64,000 nucleotides of DNA. Source: Blepharisma stoltei ATCC 30299 (taxonomy: Eukaryota; Protista; Ciliophora). Location of the stretch: the NCBI GenBank assembly GCA_965603825.1, contig CBFDEM010000005.1:62001-126000 (forward strand), in the 5' to 3' direction. Position numbers and translations under genes: made by a program. Below the pieces are notes generated by a model. It worked only from the letters and a program-made list of their open reading frames with translations. It did no database searches and had not been told where the DNA came from. This document shows positions 34,119 to 45,743 of this stretch, in pieces. Positions within the stretch are counted from its first letter, which is position 1. Each line of letters opens with the position of its first letter.

Positions 34119-36602
34119 TTATCTACGCTTAGGCTGCTGCTGTTGCTTTGAAATTTGTGGGACTTTGTCAGGATTCATTGATTCAGAAGGTATAGAATGG
34201 GCAGGATTTCTCATATATTCTTCATATTGTGTATGGATAAACTGGCATAGCTCAGCAGACGGTACCACAATCGGTGAGCCTACATGTCCATTGCTTAGAG
34301 GTAGCACTAAATTGACTTCTCCTAAAATTAATTTAATTGCATCAGTTTCATTAGCAAGCTTTACACACATAATTCTATGGTAGCTTTCTATATTATTTTC
34401 TGCAGAAATATCCATAAGAAGCATATTTGCAAGTAAACTATCTTTGTCTATAAGAATCATATCTTCAATATTGATCCTGCCTAATTTATTTCTGATTTCT
34501 TTGGCAACTAGCTCTTTTAGTCCTTTTTTATATGAGTCTAGCCCTGCTAAAAAGAAATGAAAAGAATTTCTGAGGTTATACCCAATATGTGTAGTATCAT
34601 CTATAAAATCTTGCCTAGTATAAGAATTTTCTTCATATTCAGCTTTATCATAATTATGGCTTATATCTGACTCCACTATTGGATGATACGCATACTCTAA
34701 AAATGTATTTCCTGCATGGTCCATTCCTTCTGTCAGCTGTTTACCTTCAAGATTCGATATAAGAGGCTGTGACGACAAAAAATTAAAAATTTTCCCTTCT
34801 TTTTTTAACGCAGAGTTTTGGCTTATAGTATTTCTTGGCAGTCCAGAGTCTAATACGACTTGCAGCTCTTGGTTTGCACCTTTCATTGTTTCAGCTCCTA
34901 AATAGAACCTAGGCCTGTACCACGTATAAATTCCTTCGTCCAGCATATGGCGAATCATCATATGGAATTTTCCAACTTTTTCAGGGATTTTTCGTATCAT
35001 CGTCCCTGGGTTCATATCAAGCAGCCTTCTATTCTGCAATGATACTGTCAAAATTGGTGGTGACGAATATGATGAATGCGCCGTACTGCAACAGTACAAA
35101 GGGTTTGAGGAAAACCGTGAACAGCAATCAGCACATAGATCATTATTACATTCTTTAGGCCGTGTACACTGTAAGCAGAGGCTCGGTGGCTTTAAAAATG
35201 GACACGGGATTAAGTGAGAAAGTTTATGAGAAATTAAGAATTGGAAGTAAGGTTGAGCGTTGAAAAAAGTTTGGCATGAGTCAGCTGATGGAAATTCCAA
35301 ATAAAATTCACGCACAGAGAAGTTATCACTTAAAGGGCTTTGAGATGCCTCTGCATGGATCATTGAAGCATGAAGCCCAGTTATTGAAGCCGCCAAGTGA
35401 ATAATTTCAGGTATAACTTGGTGCTTAGGAGGAATCAGAGGCTTTGTTTTTCGCAAGCAAGGGTCTATGATCACAAGGACCCGGTCAGGATTTATTCCAC
35501 GATTTCGATAGCGCTTCTGCAGCTCTTGAAGATTTTCAGGGAGATTTTCAATTCTAAAACGCAGGTCAGTTTTCTTAATAAGTTCTCTTCTAGAAAGATA
35601 GGTGGCTCTGGCGTCTTCCTGGGTTAAAAAAGTTAAATAAATGTATTGAATTCTATGGGTGGAAGGATTGTGCCATACTTGAATCCTATCCCATCTGACT
35701 GCATATCCTTCAAAAACTCGGTAAAGCTGGATTTTTCGTAAAGGATCTTTAATAAACAGACGAAGCGTAAGGGAGCGGTCCATATTTTCTTCGAATTCAT
35801 ATAAGCTTCGTAGCCGGTATCTGAAAAATTGAACTGGCCGATCATGTATGTGGCACGGAACTCGTTGTTGATGCAGCCCACAGCAGATCGAGCACATGAA
35901 GTTGGTGCATAAAGAAGATGCAGGATATCGGCATAAGGAAAAATGAGTTTGGCAAAATGTGACACCATGCAGAGCTTCACTGTCTAAAACAGTGTAGATC
36001 ATTTCTAACAATTTTTGCCTTTCGACTGCTTGTTGAAGCTCTTTGTGGTCCAGCTTACACGTGAGTCCTAAAGCGGCTGCCAGATGTCTGATAATGCTTT
36101 CAGGAGCTTGTGAGGCGAAATCGCAGGTGTATGGGAGAAAAATTAAAGCGACCAGCCGCTCAGCTAGCTTATTATCCACAATATGATTGTAAAAGCAAAA
36201 AGTGGGCCTCATCAAAGCGCCAATTGCTTTTAAGACGTCATCAGAAGCAATTTTTTTATTCATGTAGCTAATTTCTGGGACAACTTTTCAAGGTAATTTG
36301 GTGTTCATCTGTGGAGAGGCGTCATTGACAAGTTGAATTGCAGTTGTCAGCCAAGACGAGGAGGCGAAGCGTTCTAGTGGGGTGTCGCTTAATTTTTCTA
36401 ATTCTTCTGGGGATAACTTATTGACTACATTTTCTGAGTTGAATGAAAAAAGCTCAAATCTACGAATCAGCTCTTCTCTTGTACCTATGCAGGAAAGACC
36501 TAAAGATTGACACCTGGCGCGTGCCCGCCAATATGGTTCTGCTCTAATGCAGCGAGCATCTCTATATTCAAATTCTTCTTTCAATGACAAATTTTTTGCC
36601 AT
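34119..36602 (-). CDS. SAP domain + two Cys-rich zinc fingers + RRM-like domains (827 aa)
   Basis: Joined via TGA 36288. RARCQSLGLSCIGTREELIRRF (SAP); C-x7-C-x4-C-x2-CC-x8-C-x2-H and CxxC-x5-C-x4-CxxCC fingers; RNP1-like YIYLTF.TQEDA and FYLEFPSADS. Confidence 0.8.
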
Positions 36603-36801
36603 TTATTGGATTTGATTATAAACCTATTTACATAAAAGCTTGAGCAATTGTTAGCCCTTTTGAGATAAATAGATAAAAAACGAGGTTATTATGTATGGGC
36701 TGCTAGCAGATGACTCAGATGATTTATTATTTATTTTCTCATGTAAAGAAATGGCCCAAGGGCACAAATCTATATAATAGGATTTTAATATTTTTATTAA
36801 A

Positions 36802-37710
36802 TTATGGACGTGTAGACATCATGCAAGATATAGAGCCTCCTCCCACTCTTTCAATAGTAGGGATATCAACATATACGATCTCTCTATCAAGATTCAGCAA
36901 GTTTTTAGCTTGCTCTGACATGAAAATCACTTCAGTTTTCAATTTTGGGGAGTACAACGTTTTAAAATTTCCTGCATATTTCACCATATCTTCATATGAT
37001 AAATCCCAAATTCTATAGTGCCTAAGTGCGTCTTGGACTTTATTTTTATCTGAAATGTCAGTTATTGACTCTAAATTCACTACTGCCATTGTAGGTGTTA
37101 ATCCTATAAATAGGCCTGTATGGAAAATAGGGAAATTTGTTTTGTCAAATGCCCTGAAGGTTACAGGATTTCATGGAATTTCTCGGTAGTGGTTTAAGCG
37201 TGACACAAGCTCGTGTAAAACTCTTTCAGAGGCTCTTTCTGAGGTACACATCAGGATATTGCTACTTAAGTCATCAAAAGTTAAGCACCCTGGGCCTTCT
37301 AAAGCTAATTTTCCATGTTCTGGAGCTTCAAAATAAGTCAAATCAATAACGACAGGAAATTCCTGCCTAAATCTCTCAATAAATTCTGGTCTCCTTTCTC
37401 GTTGTCTTGAAGGATGCTTAACAGGGTAAAGGACCATTATTTTTTCTTTATATTCAGGAGGCCCTAAAAATGAAATCCAGTCACAAACAAAGCAAGCATC
37501 AGGGGCTTTTTCATCAGGATTATGCAATTGAGTTATTTCAATTCCATAGGATTCCACTGTTTGCTTGAAACTTGTGTATTCAGAATCAAAGTTGTTTGTA
37601 TTAGTATCTTTAAACATAAATTTGTTGTCTGTAGCTGCTTCTTCATTGTGATAGAATTTAGCAGGCTTGATCATAAGAATCTTGCTTGCAAATCTTGAGA
37701 CCGCTTTCAT
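36802..37710 (-). CDS. Amidinotransferase/arginine deiminase superfamily hydrolase (CtlX-like), 302 aa
   Basis: ILMIKP..F..N..A.DN.F, PDA.F..DW.SF, RQRERR, LEG.G, IFHT, TIERVGGGSISCM (catalytic Cys). Joined via TGA 37171. Confidence 0.85.
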
Positions 37711-37753
37711 TATTTTTATCAATAAGTAAATACTTATAATTAAAAAATTGCAA

Positions 37754-38146
37754 ATGCAAAGATCTAATAAAAATGTAGTCTCAACGAAGCAAATTGCTTA
37801 TCAAAGTCATATCTCAAAGTCTTTACCTATTCCTTTCATTACAAATCAGTTTGGCAAGCATCAAATCTGGTTTGAAAAAATTCTGGATCATAAAACCTAT
37901 ATAAATCAGTTTAGTCCTAAAAGCGTGAGCCATAGTAGATCTAATTCAAATATAGCTCTTACTAATCGCTCTATGTCGAGACTAACAAGTTGTAGCACCC
38001 CATGATATAACCATAATAGCTACACTCAAAGAGGAAATTATTCAGTTTTTAAACCTTTTCAAGGCTCTCAAATACCTCTGCATAGAAAAGCTAAAAGCAT
38101 GGGAGAAGATATGGTGCAACAATTATCAGTGTCTTTTAGAAGATAA
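37754..38146 (+). CDS. Hypothetical basic protein (130 aa)
   Basis: ATG 37754, TGA read-through, TAA 38144. Confidence 0.6.
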
Positions 38147-38434
38147 TAATTAATATTTCTTGACTTTTTTCCTATGCTTTATATGTAAGTTAATACTTAA
38201 AGTGGCTTAAGAATTTAGTAGAATATTTTATTCATTTTTCAACTCCATAATAATTTTAACGCATAATATGCAACAACATTCTATTTGCTATATCATCAAA
38301 CTCTCGATTATTTTTTATTTTTCAATTTCCTAATTTTTCAGATTTTTAATACTTCACAATTTATTTTTAAATAAAAACAATTTTTTGACATCACCAAAAT
38401 ATCATATATTACCATATTATTTTCGAGTAATAAA

Positions 38435-39338
38435 ATGGCCGATTTAAGAGATGAACTGGGAGATATAGATGAAGAAAATTACATTTATTTAGATAAAGAC
38501 GGAAAACCAATGAAACTAATAGAGTTAACTATCCATTGAAACCCAGTCCCAAAAAAATTAATATTAATCACATGTCAAAAAAAGTAATCCTTACAAAGTG
38601 CTTCATTATCTTACCTGCGTTTTCGGATAGGTGAAGCTATGGAAAGATATTCAACCTTTGCGGGTCTCACAAATCTTCAAGCAGTAAATCTTGAAATTGA
38701 TGATTCGCCACTGCCAAGAGTAAGCCGCTATTCAGATTGGCTTAGTTGGGGATTATTTAAAAGATGGAGATCAGCTTACTTGTGACATTTCGTCACTTGA
38801 TATATGGCTCAACGTCCAAATTGACTGTAAAGAAGCCAATTTGTTGATAAAATTCGATATAAAAGTCCCGCTGGTGACAACTTTTTCAGGGGTTCAAGTA
38901 TCAATTTTAGAGATTGCGAACAAAATTTTAAGTTTGAGGAATATTCCATTGAAATATGACCAGTCTGAAATAAAAATCCACAAAAGTCGTAATGTGTGTT
39001 CAAGTTTAATTATAAATGAAACAATGAGTAAAGACCATGTGCTGGATAACGAAGAGATATTTGGAAATCTCAAGGTAAAAGATTCAGTTGATTACTTACA
39101 TAGGCACATTATATGCTCTCTAAGAAAAAACTTAGAAGTCCATGTGAACTATGCCAGCCAAACTAACACGAAATCATCTATATCAGAAATAGATGAAGTT
39201 AAAGGAATTCTACCAATCAGGCTACTTACGATCGAGCAAAGAAAAGCTTCTTACATAAACGAGTCTTCTTCTCCACATAATAAAGTCGAAGAAGAGTATA
39301 AACAAAGTATAGCTTGCATTAGATGCTCTATATTTTAA
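38435..39338 (+). CDS. Hypothetical CaaX-terminated protein with ubiquitin-like (beta-grasp) segments (290 aa, 2 introns)
   Basis: Introns 38584-38598 (15 nt) and 38720-38735 (16 nt, gtaagccgctattcag) join ATG 38435 to ORF 38841. LVGDYLKDGDQL. Ends CIRCSIF. Confidence 0.72.
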
Positions 39339-39411
39339 TATTTTTACATATCGTATAACGATTTTGCAGTTTTGTCTTAGTCTTGTCTTTATGAGTAATA
39401 ATAAATTTATT

Positions 39412-39726
39412 ATGGCAGTGCCTGCACATAAACTTCCTGCCTTATTGCAGAATCCAGTGATTTTTCAGAAGTTCAGCAAAATTTCTTTTATCTATGCGCC
39501 TAAGAATTTCGCAAAAAACAATGTAAGGTGGTTTTACAAGAATAATGCTCCATTGCTCAAATATTACAATCCTCATATGAAATTGGAAATACAATTACAA
39601 GAAAAAGCAGAGCCTGTACTTCAGGTTTTTGGGATAAATGGGCAAAAAATTGGGGAAATTCCGAATACCAAGAAAAGTGAAGAATTTTTGGCAACTTTGA
39701 CGAAAATTCATGAAGGAATAAACTAA
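39412..39726 (+). CDS. Mitochondrial ribosomal L51/S25/CI-B8-domain protein (104 aa)
   Basis: VRWFYKNNAPLLKYYNPHMKL matches the family R.F....P.LKY.NP signature. Confidence 0.65.
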   Translation: MAVPAHKLPALLQNPVIFQKFSKISFIYAPKNFAKNNVRWFYKNNAPLLKYYNPHMKLEIQLQEKAEPVLQVFGINGQKIGEIPNTKKSEEFLATLTKIHEGIN

Positions 39727-39873
39727 TAGATTTCTTAAGATGGTTAATTTTAGGGTTAATTAAAAAATATGCAAATAAATCAAAATAAATTTAATAATAT
39801 GCACAAATAATCTTAGGAAAGGCTTTATTTAAACTATCAGCTTAAACTTTCCTGATAAATTTTTATTATTGAC

Positions 39874-41080
39874 TTATTTTCTGTACTCAGTATGTCTCCT
39901 CAATATAGTTTTCATCCTTTCATTGAGATCGTTTATTTGGTCTTCAATTTTTTCTGGACTTTCTTCATTTTCCTCTTTTTTGCGATTAAATTCTTCCTCA
40001 AGATTTTGCAAGCGGTGCAGTTCTTTTTCAAGGGCTTGACTATATGAAATTTACTTTTTTTCTTCGAGTGCATTATTATTTGTTGTTAGAGAATGGATTA
40101 TTTCTGCTTTAATCGCTGTTTTTCCTTTAAGTTTAGAAATCTCTTCTTCCAGGTCTAAAACTTTTGACTCTAAATGGCTTACTTTTTTGTTTCCCTTTGA
40201 TTTTTCTTCATTTATTTCTTTTAATTTCTCACTAAATACTCTTTACATTTCTTTTTTTTCCTTTATTATTAGCTCTTCTAGCTCTGCTTGCCCTCCTTTT
40301 AAATTCGTTATTTTTTTCTTAAGCTCTTTACCCTTTGATTTTGTCCTGTCAAGCTTTTCTTCTAACTCTTCATTATATTTCTCTTTCTTTTCTTTTTCTT
40401 TTAAATTTTCTCTTAGCTCTTGATTTTCATTGCTAATTTCTTCAATTTTCGCTAAATTTTTTTCTAGCTTTTCTTTATAAATTTGGATTTCCCCTATAGC
40501 ATTTCCAAATAAAGAAGAATCTGTTTCTCCTTTAGACTCCTCATGGTTTTCTTCTATTTTAGTTTCAAGATTTTCTGCCTGTTTTAATGCTTTTTCAGCA
40601 TTTTCCATTTCCATTTCTACTGCTTCTTTATGGGTTTCTATATGTTCAGCTTTTATAGAGAGACAAATTTCAGCATTTTTGTCTTTTGATTTTAGAATTT
40701 GGTAGCTTGATTCTCTAATAGGAGACTCTATGTAGTCAGCTAAATTTAATATAACTTTTCCTATATCAAAATGTTTTCCATTAGATTCGCCTTCAATTTT
40801 CAGCTCAGTTTCTTTTGGTCTATAAACTCCAGTCGCTTTTTTCTTATATAAAGTATTAATAGGCATGATCAATTGTTCATTGATCTCAACCTTTTTCTCT
40901 TCAGGGGTCATAGTTATTACACGAGTCTCCACTAAAAATTCCTCTATATAGAAAATTACTTTTCCTTCAAACAACCTTCAGTAAAGTTTCTTTTGGGACA
41001 GATAAAATAATGTAATGGACGTGGATTTCATAGCTAAAAGTCTCCCTTATAGTATTAATCCTTTGGAATACCTTAGACAT
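39874..41080 (-). CDS. NT-type C2 domain + coiled-coil protein (386 aa, 3 introns)
   Basis: Introns 40944-40959 (16 nt), 40232-40246 and 40040-40054. KVV-W-RK, TLYKKK..GVY.PK, IGKVILNLADY are typical of NT-C2 domains. Confidence 0.8.
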
Positions 41081-41164
41081 TTATGTTTATTGATCATTGC
41101 TATTTGATAACATATAGAAAACAGCTAATAATTTTAGTAAAGTAGAATTATTATATTAATTATT

Positions 41165-43096
41165 ATGGGATGCTGCGAAGGCAGAGGGGGTAATGAAGAT
41201 ATAGAGGACGCGAAAAAGCAGCCGACAATGGACAAGGCAAAGCTAGTGAAAAAAGTCCCTAAAGAGATTGATATTGAAGATATTAATTCTGAAGCATCAG
41301 ACAATGAAAACCCTCAAATAAACCCCCAAATTGTTAACCAAGATGAAAATACTGTTCAGAACGGCAGAGAAAGATATAAAAATAAAGCAAAGCAAGAGAA
41401 GCGGAAAGAAATTGAAGCCAATGGTATAGGTAATTCCGGAAAAAATGAAAATGGAGGTTCAAATAAACTAAAATCTGAGGAAATACAACTAATAAAAATT
41501 GAAGAAAATAAAGAATTGGAAAAAGAAAATCCTATCCAAAATGAAGTCGTTATAAAAATAGATACTTCGAAAATCATCCAAAGCGATTATAGCCCTCAAT
41601 TATCTTCAAATAATCATACTAGTCCTCTATCTAAAATTGAACTAATTGAAATTTTTCAAAATTTAGATAAAGGGTATTACAAAAACCCAGAAAATAAAAA
41701 ATTAATTACACCGGAATTAATTATAAGACTGATAGCTTCACTTAAGGATAGAGACTCAGAAATTATTGAACTTGCTCTTAAAGATTTGCTTGGCTTGCTA
41801 AAACTTCCAATTAGTTATGATAGCGGAGAAGTTTTATATGAAGATGATGCTTTATATCAAATAAATTGCCTTCTTCACGATATGGATGAAATGCTAAGAT
41901 TTTTAGCTTCAAAACTTGTCAGAGAAATGCTGAAACAAAAATCATTAGAAGTAGACATGATTAAAAGATACCAAAAAGGAGCGATAATTGCTGCGTTAGT
42001 TCAAGCAAACCCTAATTTTACTAGTCCGAAGTATTTGAAAAGTAATCTTCATACTTTATTTCACTTTGTGTATGATTCAGATCATGAAATTATAGTTAGC
42101 AATCAAGAAATATTGTTTTTCAATAATATGATACACCTTCTAAACCAAACTCAATTGGTAATTTTAACATAGAAAATCCCTAAATTATCCACTCACCCAG
42201 ACTGAAACTTATATGATCTAAAAATCATGAAATTAATTGAAGACCTCAAAAATGACGCAAAAATAGATTTAAATGAAAGAAAAAGCTTGATTTCCCCTAG
42301 ACAATCATATTCTTCATTTTCGTCAGAAACTGAGTAAGATTTACTTAGTACTATTTTCCCTTTGAATATCTATAAATATTCATTAGAAGACCTTATCGCA
42401 GAACTCAATACTCCACGTCGAATTAAATCTACATTATTAAACGAAACATGGGCAGAAGCCCCTACAACTGTAGGCTCCCTTTCAGCTGCCCGAATGGCTG
42501 AGCTTTTTGCTGATAAAATCCTGGATGACCCAAAAACAATATCCCTAATAATTCAGACAAATGCTATTGAAAAATTAAGAGAAAATTTAAAAAGCAGGCT
42601 CAGAGATAAAAGAGAGTCCGCAATGATTTGCCTTTTGCATATGGTTCAGCCTCAATATCCTGAATTATGCGACTTATTTATGAATGATGAAGGCTTAGCT
42701 CTAGCATTTACATTTTTACAGGATAATAAAGAAGGAATGAGGGCAGCTGCAGTTGATATACTAAGAGGGTACTATTTTAATCGTCCAGAAGCTATAGAAA
42801 GAATTAGAAAATGTGGGCTTGATTTTGTTGGAGAGATCATATCAGTTTTAACTGGATTAAATAGCCCAAGTAATGTTAGTGTGGTGCTGCTAAATATAAG
42901 AGATATGTTTGTTAATGAAGAAGGAGAGACTAATAGAGAAGTTCTTAATCTTTGGAAAAATAAAGGACTTAATGAAGCTTTGGAAAAAATTGATATAGAA
43001 AAATTGAAATTAGATGCGGAGTATCCTATGTATGGAAATCAAATAATTGATTCCATAAATACAATGAAAGAAGAACTTTTATCTGAAGACTCATAA
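41165..43096 (+). CDS. MGCC-acylated armadillo/HEAT-repeat protein (633 aa, 2 introns)
   Basis: Introns 42158-42172 and 42334-42348 join ORFs 41165 and 42362. Helical repeats (EMLRFLASKLV / EGMRAAAVDIL). Confidence 0.78.
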
Positions 43097-43117
43097 TCTA
43101 TATAATTTTTTAAATAT

Positions 43118-44737
43118 TTAAGCTTTACGTGTCATCTTCCACTGCAGCTGTGACAAAAATTGCTCATCAGTTCCGACCCTCTTCACTGATTGTCTCCACT
43201 GATTACTAGACCTCCCAGCGCTCCCAAACACCTCAGAGCTTTCAAGGTTTTTCATTTTCGCTACTAATGCACTAGTTTCTTGACTTTTAGGTTTCGCCTG
43301 CTTATTGCTGCATTTTTTTTCGTTTTCAGGGTTTTTAAACGCAATTCCTTTCTCCGCAAGGGTCATTTCGAGGCTTTTCAGTTCTTTTTCTCTCATTGAA
43401 TTTGTCCTTACTTTAATCCTTCCAGTCCCTTTACATTTTCCAGTAAAATTATCAATTTCAGCTCTGGCTGAAACAATGTGCACACTACTGCAAATTTTTT
43501 TTAAGTCTTGGTCAGTCATAGTAGAGGATAATCCTTTAAGGTCAAGCTCAATCAGATTAAGATCTTTTGAGAGAACAGGGGTATAATTAGAATAATCCTT
43601 GAAGTCTTGAAATGAAGAAACCAGCTCTTTTGCTTTCAAACGCTTTGCTGGTGAACAGTTTGGCATGTTGTGTATTTGTTTTTCCGGCTCAGAGTTTTCG
43701 GTTTGTATGGTGACTGGCTCTGAGGACTCGTGAGAAGCCCGCAAGTTCTTATAAAGCTGAGTTTTAGGGTCGTAGCCTTGGCTTTTGTTTAAAGGCGACA
43801 CACTTTCGGTCCACTTTTCTGTCGCTGAAATAAGCTTTTCGGTTATTTTTTTCTTGGGTGAATAATGTGAATTTCCAAATAAATCAGAATAATTTGCGTC
43901 TTTTCTCCTTAAAGAGTCATCAGGTTTTTCAATCTGATCTTTAGGGACCTCTACAACTTTTCTGTCATCAAAAATCGCGCTTGATCTCATTTCTGCTTTT
44001 CTTCGTTCAGGCGAAAACCCAATTTGTTCGTTATTTTCCTTCAGAATTTTTGGGTTGTCATAGCTTTTTCTGGTAGTTTCAAAGTGCGAGGAGGCTAGAT
44101 TTTCTTCTTTTAATTGTTTAACAGTTTTTATTGGGGAGTCATTTCTTTCAGATTTTTTATCGATTTCAATCGCAAGTCCTCCATGGAATTCTTTTGCTTT
44201 TCTTTCAGCTGCTGAATCTTCTTTATATCTTGGCTCAAAAAATTCATTTGTTTCTATATGTTCGTTTATTGATTTTTTATAAAAAACAAGAGGCTCACTG
44301 CCTAATAAGGATTCTTGGTCTCTTGGCTTGTGTGGGCTAATCCTTGGTGCAGGAATACTGCTTGGGGTAAAAACGCTGCTTTTCATGGTTTGACAAACTC
44401 TTGGTCTAGGGCTGACATCAATATCAGCAGGTTTTACTCCTGCTGGGCTCATGGTTCTTGTATCGATTTTTGCAGGTTTTACTTCTTCTTTACAGGTTTT
44501 AGCTTGTTCTACACATCCATCTAAGACTTCACTTCTTTGGTTGTATTTTTGATTCGCAAAAGTATTTCTAATAATGCGAGAATTTGGAGATTCTCTTGAG
44601 GTATTATTTAAAAAATTTGAGTCTGACTTCCTGAAATTTTGAGGAGTGCGAGTCCTTTGAGATGGAGCAGAAAGGTCATCATTTGTAAATATATGAGAAG
44701 AGTTGTAGGCTTGGAGTCGATTTCGAGCTTCAGACAT
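43118..44737 (-). CDS. Hypothetical protein with C-terminal RRM-like domain (539 aa)
   Basis: Long ORF; LDLKGLSSTMTDQDLKK...DNFTGKCKGTGRI is RRM-like; repeated SS.(I/V)F motifs. Confidence 0.75.
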   Translation of the reverse strand: MSEARNRLQAYNSSHIFTNDDLSAPSQRTRTPQNFRKSDSNFLNNTSRESPNSRIIRNTFANQKYNQRSEVLDGCVEQAKTCKEEVKPAKIDTRTMSPAGVKPADIDVSPRPRVCQTMKSSVFTPSSIPAPRISPHKPRDQESLLGSEPLVFYKKSINEHIETNEFFEPRYKEDSAAERKAKEFHGGLAIEIDKKSERNDSPIKTVKQLKEENLASSHFETTRKSYDNPKILKENNEQIGFSPERRKAEMRSSAIFDDRKVVEVPKDQIEKPDDSLRRKDANYSDLFGNSHYSPKKKITEKLISATEKWTESVSPLNKSQGYDPKTQLYKNLRASHESSEPVTIQTENSEPEKQIHNMPNCSPAKRLKAKELVSSFQDFKDYSNYTPVLSKDLNLIELDLKGLSSTMTDQDLKKICSSVHIVSARAEIDNFTGKCKGTGRIKVRTNSMREKELKSLEMTLAEKGIAFKNPENEKKCSNKQAKPKSQETSALVAKMKNLESSEVFGSAGRSSNQWRQSVKRVGTDEQFLSQLQWKMTRKA

Positions 44738-44986
44738 ATTTTCGTTAAATTTTAAAGATTCGGTTAAATGATAAATTATGCAAATCCTAATTAAAAAATT
44801 CTCAACTGTATTTAAATTGAAATCTTTTTTAATAGAAAATTTTCCTTGCCTTCCTAATTGTTAATGTCTTAAAAATAATATCATTGAGATTACAATGGGT
44901 ATCTCTGGAGCTTAACTTTTAGAAGAAATTCTCTTTTAAATTAGTATAGTGATCATATATATCGATAATAATATTTAAACTGAAAA

Positions 44987-45619
44987 ATGTTTTCCTATGA
45001 TGATATAGACGCCCTTCACAAAAAACCTCTTAATTTTTACCAATATAAAATAGACAACACAAATATCCAAGAAAAAATTGATATTTCTATTGAAACTCCT
45101 CGATTGCCCAATCCTCCGCCAAAAGAAATCGCAATCCAGCCACAGCTAAAATTCCCAGCATTCAAACCTACAGGGAAAATCAAGAGAAAAAACAATTCTC
45201 TCCCCAAAAAATCAAAAAAGCCTAAACTAGCTGCTCCATTAGCTGTAAAAACAGTTCCAGCCGCTTCTTATAATTTTTTAATATCCCAAACACAAATTAA
45301 CGCGCCATCTCGACAAAGTTCAGGAAAAAGGCTAAGCACAGAGAGCAGGCCAAGCACTTTTAAGTAATTTATATGAAGAGGCCCACTTGTGCAAGCATTT
45401 GAATACTTAATTGAAGATAAATCCAAAGAAAAAATTACGATAAATGTGATTGACGTAAAAAATCTTTATGGGAGCCATTTGGTGTCAGGTAAAGTTATAG
45501 AGACCGAAATAGAGAAAATAAAGCTAGGGTCTATAATAAGCTTAATACTTGGGCCTGATGTGAATATTGAAGCCAAAATTGTGGTATCAAATCCGATAAT
45601 TAAAAACTTGAAATATTAA
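44987..45619 (+). CDS. Hypothetical protein (205 aa, 1 intron)
   Basis: Intron 45364-45378 (gtaatttatatgaag) joins two same-frame ORFs. Confidence 0.65.
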
Positions 45620-45743
45620 GGTAAAATGCATTTTTCAGTGTTTTTAGTTGTTGAAGTTTCTAAAATAGCCAAAATAATTTTTTTAATTAAAATTTTAATT
45701 TTTTGTTATATTCAGCAATGATAAATTGAAATATTATGATTAA

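Noticed and set aside
35633-35980. Alternative-frame ORF inside the SAP/RRM gene (also 49184-49489, 53849-54280, 56648-56947, 57527-57808)
   Set aside because: Overlap well-supported genes and have no recognisable features.
36640-36790. Possible H/ACA snoRNA (agccc...gggct followed by ACA on the minus strand)
   Set aside because: Only a 5-bp stem and no convincing upper hairpin or H box; needs a covariance-model search.
40168-40182. Extra in-frame 15-nt GT..AG segment (gtaagccatttagag, minus strand)
   Set aside because: Lacks the -6 A present in all 16 accepted introns, and reads as normal coiled-coil sequence.
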